Assembly: GCA_043801155.1 (NCBI GenBank)
Contig: JAZDMI010000021.1
Location: forward strand, 2,683 to 66,682
Length of the DNA stretch: 64,000 nt
DNA from: Candidatus Gottesmanbacteria bacterium
GTDB lineage: Bacteria > Patescibacteriota > Microgenomatia > JAMCYU01
Direction: 5' to 3'
The notes beneath the pieces are model-generated. The model searched no databases, was not told where the DNA came from, and saw nothing but the letters and a program-made list of their open reading frames with translations. Shown here in pieces: positions 57,467 through 64,000 of this stretch. Position 1 is the first letter of the stretch; each line of letters begins with the position of its first letter. The position numbers and the translations under genes are program-made.

Positions 57467-57904
57467 ATGACAATTGTATTTAAGGGTAAAAAAATTAGTC
57501 AGGGTGAAAAGTTTACCGATGAAGGCTGGCGGATTCCCGTCACCAGCATTCAACTGGATAAAGATACCAATTTGACCGAAGGTCTTCAGGTTGGCGACAA
57601 GGTTAAAGTAAGCGGTACTTCCCGGGGTAAAGGCTTTGCGGGTGTTGTTAAGCGGTGGAAATTTGCCGGGGGGCCGAAAACCCACGGTCAATCAGATCGG
57701 GAGCGTGCTCCTGGTTCAATTGGACAAACAACCACACCGGGCCGGGTATATAAAGGTAAACGAATGGCTGGCCGAATGGGTGGAGATAAAGTAACAATTT
57801 CCGGTTTGAAAGTTGTTGAAATTAAATCAGAAGAAAAAATATTAATTGTTAAAGGTTTAATTCCGGGTCCGATCAAAGGTTTAGTTAAAATAAGTAAACC
57901 ATAA
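57467..57904 (+). CDS. rplC: 50S ribosomal protein L3 (shortened form)
   Basis: SGTSRGKGFAGVVKRWKF...GSIGQTTTPGRVYKGKRMAGRMG conserved core; ATG at 57467 preferred over the TTG at 57437. Confidence 0.85.
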   Translation: MTIVFKGKKISQGEKFTDEGWRIPVTSIQLDKDTNLTEGLQVGDKVKVSGTSRGKGFAGVVKRWKFAGGPKTHGQSDRERAPGSIGQTTTPGRVYKGKRMAGRMGGDKVTISGLKVVEIKSEEKILIVKGLIPGPIKGLVKISKP

Positions 57905-57911
57905 AAAATTT

Positions 57912-58589
57912 ATGCCAAAAACTAAAAAAACCATAGTTAAAGAGACGGATGAAGTAAAAAATGCTTTAACAGCCGATATATTTGATATGGATGGTAAAGT
58001 CGTGGGGAAGATAGAATTATCCAAGGATATTTTTGACACCAAGATTAACCAAACACTTCTTGCTCAATCAGTCAGAGTCTATTTGGCCAATCAACGTCAG
58101 GGCAGTGCATCAACTAAAACCCGCGGAGAGGTTGCCGGGTCAACTAAAAAAGTCTATCGGCAAAAAGGAACCGGACGGGCGCGTCATGGGTCAATTAAAG
58201 CTCCGATTTATGTTGGTGGTGGCATTGTTTTTGGACCCAAGCCGAGAGATTTTAGCCTTAAAATGCCCTCAGCCATGAAAAAAAAAGCCCTCTTTTCCGC
58301 CTTAACCGCTAAATATAAAAATAACGATATCCAAATAATTGAAGATCTAGAAAAACCAAATTATAAAACCAAAGAAATTATTAAAATGTTTCAGGCCTTA
58401 AACTCGGAAAATAAAAATAACCTCAACATTAAGACGCTTATAATTTCTACATTAAAGAATAACCTTAATCGGGCTTGCCGGAATATTGCCAATTTAACGC
58501 TGATGCCGGTGGAACTGATTAATCCTTATCAGGTTTTATCACATCAAAAAATTATCTTTACCAAAAAGGCAATTGCTAATTTACATTAA
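57912..58589 (+). CDS. rplD: 50S ribosomal protein L4
   Basis: L4 homology and operon position. Confidence 0.9.
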   Translation: MPKTKKTIVKETDEVKNALTADIFDMDGKVVGKIELSKDIFDTKINQTLLAQSVRVYLANQRQGSASTKTRGEVAGSTKKVYRQKGTGRARHGSIKAPIYVGGGIVFGPKPRDFSLKMPSAMKKKALFSALTAKYKNNDIQIIEDLEKPNYKTKEIIKMFQALNSENKNNLNIKTLIISTLKNNLNRACRNIANLTLMPVELINPYQVLSHQKIIFTKKAIANLH

Positions 58590-58594
58590 TAATT

Positions 58595-58957
58595 ATGGAA
58601 TTAACAGATATTATTATTAAGCCGATTATTTCCGAGAAATCGCTGGCTAATGCGGCTACTAATTGGTATACCTTTGCCGTTAAAACTGCTGCCAATAAAC
58701 CGGAAATTAAAAAGGCCATTGAAACAGCCTTTAATGTGAAAGTTTTGGCGATTAAATCAATGATTGTGAAAGGCAAAACCAGACGGGTAGGTAAAAGACA
58801 ACAAACAATTAAAACCATGCCCTGGAAGAAAACAATTGTCTTATTGCCCAAGGAACAAAAAATTGACCTGTTTGAAGTACCCGGAGGTGAAAGTGCAGTT
58901 GCCCCGGCAAAGTCCAATCCAACGGACAAGAAGACTAAAAAGGAAGATAAAAAATGA
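58595..58957 (+). CDS. rplW: 50S ribosomal protein L23 (Lys-rich C-terminal tail)
   Basis: L23 homology and position. Confidence 0.9.
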   Translation: MELTDIIIKPIISEKSLANAATNWYTFAVKTAANKPEIKKAIETAFNVKVLAIKSMIVKGKTRRVGKRQQTIKTMPWKKTIVLLPKEQKIDLFEVPGGESAVAPAKSNPTDKKTKKEDKK

Positions 58958-59691
58958 GTAACAGATTATATAAAATTCTCGCCAAAAAGGGAGGCCGAGA
59001 CAATAAAGGCCAAGTTACTGTCCGTCATCAAGGCGGGAGACAAAAAAGATTTTTACGGCTAATTGATTTTAAAAGAGATAAATATAACATTCCCGCCAAG
59101 GTTATAATGATCGATTACGATCCTAACCGGACGGCTAAAATCGCCCTGTTACTTTATCAAGACGGAGAACAGCGGTATATATTGGCCCCCGAAGGACTCT
59201 CAATTGGTGATATAATCACCAGCGGTCCCGATGTAGAAATTAAAATTGGCAATGCTTTGCCTTTAGTAAAATTGCCGATTGGGACACAAGTTCATAATAT
59301 AGAATTCTATCCCGGGAAAGGTAGTAAGATTATCAGATCAGCCGGGACGGCCGCGTCAGTTTTAGCCCAGGAAGACAAATTTACCCAGATAAAATTACCT
59401 TCCGGTCAGGTAAGAAAAATAAATAACCATTGTCTGGCAACGGTTGGGCAGCTCGGATTTATAGACTGGAAATTACGGAAGTTTAATAAAGCCGGAGCTA
59501 AACGCTGGCGGGGAATTCGACCGACAGTCAGAGGTGTGGCGCAAAATCCGCATTCACATCCTCATGGCGGCGGTGAAGGTAGGTCGGGTATTGGTATGTC
59601 AACGCCAAAGACCTATGCTGGAAGACCAGCCGTAGGAAAAACACGCAGGAAAAATAAGTATAGTGATAAATTTATTATTCACAGTATATAA
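58954..59691 (+). CDS. rplB: 50S ribosomal protein L2 (short form)
   Basis: GRNxxGxITxRHxGGGHK-like core and SHPHGGGEGR motif. Confidence 0.92.
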   Translation: MSNRLYKILAKKGGRDNKGQVTVRHQGGRQKRFLRLIDFKRDKYNIPAKVIMIDYDPNRTAKIALLLYQDGEQRYILAPEGLSIGDIITSGPDVEIKIGNALPLVKLPIGTQVHNIEFYPGKGSKIIRSAGTAASVLAQEDKFTQIKLPSGQVRKINNHCLATVGQLGFIDWKLRKFNKAGAKRWRGIRPTVRGVAQNPHSHPHGGGEGRSGIGMSTPKTYAGRPAVGKTRRKNKYSDKFIIHSI

Positions 59692-59701
59692 TTTATAAAA
59701 T

Positions 59702-59974
59702 ATGAGTAGATCATCTAAAAAAGGTCCATATATCGATAAAAAATTATTGACGAAAATTCAAATACATACGCCCGAACCGATTAAAACTTGGTCTCGGGAT
59801 TGTCAGATTCCGCCGGAATTTGTAAATCACCGATTTGCCGTGCATACCGGTCGGGATTTTAAAGAAATCTTTATCAATGAAGCCATGGTAGGTCATCGGT
59901 TAGGTGAATTTGCTCCGACAAGGACATTCCATGGTCATGGTCAAGTAACCAAGAGAGTCTTAGAAAAGACATAA
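59702..59974 (+). CDS. rpsS: 30S ribosomal protein S19
   Basis: [12 protein letters not shown]...[13 protein letters not shown]. Confidence 0.92.
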   Translation: MSRSSKKGPYIDKKLLTKIQIHTPEPIKTWSRDCQIPPEFVNHRFAVHTGRDFKEIFINEAMVGHRLGEFAPTRTFHGHGQVTKRVLEKT

Positions 59975-59999
59975 CGCGATTGAGCAAAAGCTAAAATTT

Positions 60000-60419
60000 A
60001 TGACAGAAGTCTCGGTAACAAGTAAATATTTAAGAACTAGCCCGAAGAAATTACGGTTGGTGGCAAACATGATCAAGGGGATGAAACCCGAGGAAGCTTT
60101 GACCCAGCTTAAATTTTTACCAAAAGCAGCCGCCAAACCATTAGCCTCTAGTCTTAAATCCGTTTTGGCTAATGCGACCAACAATTTAAAACTAAGTGCT
60201 GATAATTTAAAAATAAAAATAATTGAAATAAACGAAGGCCCGCGGCTAAAAAGATGGCGGGCAGTTTCTCGGGGGACAGCACATCAATATAAACATCGGA
60301 CATCGCATATTAAGATAATATTGGAAGACGTGACCCTATCCGTTAATACTATTAATAATAAAGAAGAGACGGTTAAAGGTCTTGATAAAGGAGAGCATGG
60401 GACAAAAAATAAATCCTAA
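60000..60419 (+). CDS. rplV: 50S ribosomal protein L22
   Basis: L22 homology and position. Confidence 0.9.
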   Translation: MTEVSVTSKYLRTSPKKLRLVANMIKGMKPEEALTQLKFLPKAAAKPLASSLKSVLANATNNLKLSADNLKIKIIEINEGPRLKRWRAVSRGTAHQYKHRTSHIKIILEDVTLSVNTINNKEETVKGLDKGEHGTKNKS

Positions 60420-61041
60420 TGGTTTTCGATTAGGAATTTTAAATACTTGGAATTCCCGGTGGTTTGCTGACGATAAACGTTATAAAGATTTCCTGTTAGA
60501 GGATGTAAAAATTCGTCGTGCTTTAACAGCCAAACTTAAACCGGCGGGTATTTCCAAGATTGAGATTGAAAGATCAATAAACAAAATTGATATTATTTTG
60601 CATGTATCCCGTCCGGGAATGGTTATCGGTCGGGGAGGATCCGGACTAGATGAGGTTAAAAAATTTGTTGAGTCAATCATTTCGCCGCTTAAAAATAAGA
60701 CTGAATCAAAACTTAAGCTGGAAATAAAGGTAGAACCGATAAAACAACCCAATTTAGACGCAAATTTAGTCGCGATAATGATTGCCGATCAGTTGGCTAA
60801 ACGTTTACCGCAACGAAGAGTTGTCGGGGCAGCTATAGATAAAGTCATGGGTGCTGGTGCTAAAGGTGTAAAAGTTATTTTGTCAGGTAGAATTGGTGGG
60901 GCAGATATTTCCAGAAGAGAAACATATAAGAACGGAACCATTCCCTTATCAACGTTACGGGAAAATATCGATTTTGCGAGTTACCCAAGTTTAACGCGAT
61001 CCGGATATGTAGGCGTAAAAGTCTGGATATGCAAATTATAA
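60382..61041 (+). CDS. rpsC: 30S ribosomal protein S3
   Basis: KINPNGFRLG KH-domain N-terminus. Confidence 0.92.
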   Translation: MIKESMGQKINPNGFRLGILNTWNSRWFADDKRYKDFLLEDVKIRRALTAKLKPAGISKIEIERSINKIDIILHVSRPGMVIGRGGSGLDEVKKFVESIISPLKNKTESKLKLEIKVEPIKQPNLDANLVAIMIADQLAKRLPQRRVVGAAIDKVMGAGAKGVKVILSGRIGGADISRRETYKNGTIPLSTLRENIDFASYPSLTRSGYVGVKVWICKL

Positions 61042-61056
61042 TATTAAGAATAAAAT

Positions 61057-61464
61057 ATGTTAGTTCCAAAAAGAGCAAAATTCAGAAAACAATTTAGGGG
61101 AACAATGAAGGGTATGTCTATTCGTTCTTCCTCGATTGATTTTGGTGATTATGGTCTTAAGGCTAAAACTATTGGTTGGGTAACTAGCCGGCAAATAGAA
61201 GCTGCCCGACGTGCCCTGACCCATTTTACCCAAAAAGGCGGCCGGATATGGATTAGGCTTTTTCCCGACAAACCGATTTCTAAAAAACCAGCCGAAACCA
61301 GAATGGGCGGAGGTAAAGGTGATATTACCGATTATGTTGCTCCGGTTTTACCGGGCCGAATTTTATTTGAAATCGGAGGCGTTACCAGAGAAATTGCTAA
61401 AGAGGCGATGAGATTAGCCGGTGCTAAATTGCCCATACGAACAGAATTTTATGAAAAAAAATAA
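61057..61464 (+). CDS. rplP: 50S ribosomal protein L16
   Basis: [15 protein letters not shown]... Confidence 0.92.
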   Translation: MLVPKRAKFRKQFRGTMKGMSIRSSSIDFGDYGLKAKTIGWVTSRQIEAARRALTHFTQKGGRIWIRLFPDKPISKKPAETRMGGGKGDITDYVAPVLPGRILFEIGGVTREIAKEAMRLAGAKLPIRTEFYEKK

Positions 61465-61666
61465 ATTAACTGAAGCCAAAAGTAAAAACGAAATTGAACT
61501 GAAAAAAGACGTTATTACGGCTAAACAGCAATTGAATAAGACACGTCTGGAGATTCAAAGTGGTAAAACAAGAAATATAAGGTTAACCAGAATCCTAAGA
61601 AAGGATATCGCCCAGCTAGAGACAATCTTAAGACAAAAAGAAATACAAGGAAGAAAAAGTATATGA
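61451..61666 (+). CDS. rpmC: 50S ribosomal protein L29
   Basis: The ORF-track call 61421 extends upstream; the ATG at 61451 ([10 protein letters not shown]...) overlaps the L16 stop. Confidence 0.8.
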   Translation: MKKNKLTEAKSKNEIELKKDVITAKQQLNKTRLEIQSGKTRNIRLTRILRKDIAQLETILRQKEIQGRKSI

Positions 61667-61905
61667 CAAAAATTTTAACCGGTAAAATTATTTCTGTTAA
61701 TAAAATACCTAATACGGTAACGGTCAGAATTGAATCAAATTATAAACATCCGTTATATAAAAAGGTTATTAAAAAACATAAGAAAATTTTAGCTCATATT
61801 GATAAGCCGATTAATGAAGGAGAAATCGTCAGGTTAATTGAGGTTAGTCCTATTTCTAAAAGAAAGCATTTTAAGGTTTTATTAAAAGAGGATGTGAAGT
61901 CATGA
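61663..61905 (+). CDS. rpsQ: 30S ribosomal protein S17
   Basis: S17 homology and position. Confidence 0.9.
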   Translation: MTKILTGKIISVNKIPNTVTVRIESNYKHPLYKKVIKKHKKILAHIDKPINEGEIVRLIEVSPISKRKHFKVLLKEDVKS

Positions 61906-62273
61906 TACAGTTACGTAGTATTTTGAAACCAGCAGATAATAGCGGTGCGGAAAAGCTAATATTAATCCATGTTATGGGAGGCAATAAAAAAATTGCTACC
62001 GTTGGGTCGACTATCACCTGCGTGGTTAGTGGTGCCTCGCCAGTAGGATTGGTTAAGGACAGTGAAATCGTTAAAGCAGTGGTGGTTAGAACCAAGAAAG
62101 AGATTCGTAGAAAAGACGGTTCTTATATTCGTTTTGATGATAATGCAGCCGTAGTTATTGATAACGCCAATGATAAAAACCCACGGGGGACAAGAATTTT
62201 TGGTCCAGTGGCCAGGGAACTTAGAGATCTAGGTTTTACTAAAATTATTTCGATGGCAACAGAAGTCTATTAA
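61902..62273 (+). CDS. rplN: 50S ribosomal protein L14
   Basis: [16 protein letters not shown]... Confidence 0.95.
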   Translation: MIQLRSILKPADNSGAEKLILIHVMGGNKKIATVGSTITCVVSGASPVGLVKDSEIVKAVVVRTKKEIRRKDGSYIRFDDNAAVVIDNANDKNPRGTRIFGPVARELRDLGFTKIISMATEVY

Positions 62274-62299
62274 AAGCAGGAAGATGTTCTTAAAAATAT

Positions 62300-62617
62300 A
62301 TGAAATTTAAAACAGGAGATGAAGTTACAGTAACAATTGGGAAAGACCGTGGTAAACGGGGTAAAATTGAAGCCATTTTTCCAAAACGGCAAGAAGTCAT
62401 CGTGGCCGGTGTTAATATTTATAAACGACATCTAAAACCAAGGGGCGAAGGTAAACCGGGCGGTATTGTTGATAAAACAATTCCCTTATCGGTAGCCAAG
62501 ATTGCTTTAATTTGTCATAAATGTGGAAAACCGACACGTATTGGATATCAAGTTGACCAAAAAGATGGGAAAATGAATAAACTTAGAGTTTGCCGTAAAT
62601 GCGGAGGTATTATTTAA
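62300..62617 (+). CDS. rplX: 50S ribosomal protein L24
   Basis: KOW motif MKFKTGDEVTVTIGKDRGKRGKI. Confidence 0.9.
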   Translation: MKFKTGDEVTVTIGKDRGKRGKIEAIFPKRQEVIVAGVNIYKRHLKPRGEGKPGGIVDKTIPLSVAKIALICHKCGKPTRIGYQVDQKDGKMNKLRVCRKCGGII

Positions 62618-62618
62618 G

Positions 62619-63119
62619 ATGGAAAACATAATGATGAAGCCCAAACTTATTAAAATCGTTATCAATATCAGCTTAAAAGAAGCCTTAGTTGATAAAAAGA
62701 AGCTTGAGATCATGGCTGGGCAATTAGCCTTAATTACCGGTCAAAAGCCGGTAACTACTTATGCCCGCAAAGCGATTGCGGCTTTTAAATTGAGGCAGGG
62801 TGACCCTCTTGGATTAAAAGTAACATTACGCGGGTCAAGGATGCATGATTTTTTTAAAAAAATGGTTACCATTGTATTATCCAGAGTTAGAGATTTTAAA
62901 GGAGTATCATTAACCGGTTTTGATGGCCGCGGAAATTATACCTTAGGCATAGGAGAAATCCTGATTTTTCCGGAGATAGATTTTACTAAAATTGATAAAC
63001 AAAGTTTAATGCTAGACAAGTCAAAGGGGTTAGAGGTAACCATAGTAACAACAGCTGGCGATAATAACCAGGGAAAAAAATTATTAGAAGAAATGGGAAT
63101 GCCCTTCAGCCACCAATAG
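62619..63119 (+). CDS. rplE: 50S ribosomal protein L5
   Basis: L5 homology and position. Confidence 0.9.
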   Translation: MENIMMKPKLIKIVINISLKEALVDKKKLEIMAGQLALITGQKPVTTYARKAIAAFKLRQGDPLGLKVTLRGSRMHDFFKKMVTIVLSRVRDFKGVSLTGFDGRGNYTLGIGEILIFPEIDFTKIDKQSLMLDKSKGLEVTIVTTAGDNNQGKKLLEEMGMPFSHQ

Positions 63120-63168
63120 GTGGCTTCAGGGTAAACCCTTCGCTCATAAAAATGTTTACATTGAGCGA

Positions 63169-63369
63169 TTGAGAGGAGCAGAAGTGGCTAAAGTTTCAAA
63201 TATAGTTAAATTTAAAAAACCGCAAAAATATAAAGCGCGGGATCATAACCGTTGTCAATTATGTGGACGGGCGAGAGGTTATATGAGGAAATTTGGTTTA
63301 TGTCGTTTATGTTTTCGTGAATTGGCACATAAAGGAGATTTACCAGGAGTATATAAATCATCATGGTAG
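63169..63369 (+). CDS. rpsZ: 30S ribosomal protein S14 type Z (zinc-binding)
   Basis: [33 protein letters not shown]. Confidence 0.9.
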   Translation: MRGAEVAKVSNIVKFKKPQKYKARDHNRCQLCGRARGYMRKFGLCRLCFRELAHKGDLPGVYKSSW

Positions 63370-63384
63370 TAAGGAGGAATTTTT

Positions 63385-63777
63385 GTGGATCCAATTGCTA
63401 ATTTATTATCAATTATAAAAAACGGCTATTTAGCTAAAAAAAAGCAGGTGGTAGTCCCTTATTCTAGATTTGGACAAAACTTGTTAAAAATTTTAGTGGA
63501 CGAAGGATATCTTAAAGAAATCAAAAAACAAAAGACAAAAAATAAAAAACAAGACGAATTAGTTATACTATTAAAATATGATGGTAAAAAACCAGTTATG
63601 ACTGATATTAAAAAAGTGAGTAAACCAGGTTTACGTGTTTATGTTGGAAAAATGGATATTCCGCGAGTTTTAAGCGGGCTAGGAATAAACATCGTCTCTA
63701 CCTCGGCCGGATTAATGGTTGATAAAGAAGCCAGACAAAAAGGTTATGGAGGAGAGATCATTTGCAAAGTATGGTAA
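63385..63777 (+). CDS. rpsH: 30S ribosomal protein S8
   Basis: MDPIANLLSIIKNG... Confidence 0.9.
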   Translation: MDPIANLLSIIKNGYLAKKKQVVVPYSRFGQNLLKILVDEGYLKEIKKQKTKNKKQDELVILLKYDGKKPVMTDIKKVSKPGLRVYVGKMDIPRVLSGLGINIVSTSAGLMVDKEARQKGYGGEIICKVW

Positions 63778-63817
63778 ACATTTTATATTTACACTTAAGT
63801 CTTAAAAAGGAGCCGAA

Positions 63818-64000
63818 GTGTCTAGAATAGGAAAATTACCAATCATTATTCCAAGTAATGTTACTCTTAAGGTCGATGGAAGCACCGTAACGGCTGCTGG
63901 ACCTAAGGGAGAATTAACGATTAGCATACCAAGACAAGTCATGGTTAATCTTGATAATGGGCAAGCAATTTGCCAAACAGAAAAACAACATGCTAATCTA
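63818..64000 (+). CDS. rplF: 50S ribosomal protein L6 (N-terminal part; runs off the window end)
   Basis: GTG start, VSRIGKLPIIIPSNVTLKVDGSTVTAAGPKGEL. Confidence 0.8.
   Translation, partial: MSRIGKLPIIIPSNVTLKVDGSTVTAAGPKGELTISIPRQVMVNLDNGQAICQTEKQHANL

Overview
The window is low-GC, AT-rich bacterial DNA. Gene content and r-protein features (short L3/L2/Obg, S12 with an insertion and tail, a form III RuBisCO nucleoside-salvage operon, a type IV pilin) are consistent with a Candidate Phyla Radiation (Patescibacteria)-type genome; this is an inference from sequence features. The conserved backbone runs sortase-ruvX, then an AMP-salvage operon (R15P isomerase e2b2, form III RuBisCO, AMP/thymidine phosphorylase), mltG, the rpoB-rpoC-rpsL-rpsG block, a pilin/CapA/P-type ATPase interruption, fusA-tuf-rpsJ, and much later rplC-rplD-rplW-rplB-rpsS-rplV-rpsC-rplP-rpmC-rpsQ-rplN-rplX-rplE-rpsZ-rpsH-rplF. 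Between rpsJ (ends 23012) and rplC (starts about 57467) sits about 34 kb of accessory DNA that splits the S10 operon. This insert carries an IR-flanked GIY-YIG cassette, MazG, an NYN protein, a duplicated small-protein family, Fic, GNAT, and a type I R-M operon with two extra embedded genes. It also holds a defence-island-like run of individually promoted small ORFs (NUDIX, FtsK-gamma-like wHTH, membrane Mrr-type nuclease, Cas4-like nuclease, DegV, a 694-aa orphan, an ArsM-like methyltransferase), housekeeping GTPases (engB, obg), a DEAD-box helicase, a B12-radical-SAM enzyme, cell-wall genes (LCP, a second MltG, GH-like paralogs) and a cyclophilin. The most unusual observation is that the e2b2 and RuBisCO reading frames are joined without a stop codon through a GC-rich, palindromic element. 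No tRNA, rRNA or CRISPR array was found. Coordinates I derived by hand, as opposed to ORF-track coordinates, may be off by 1-2 nt.
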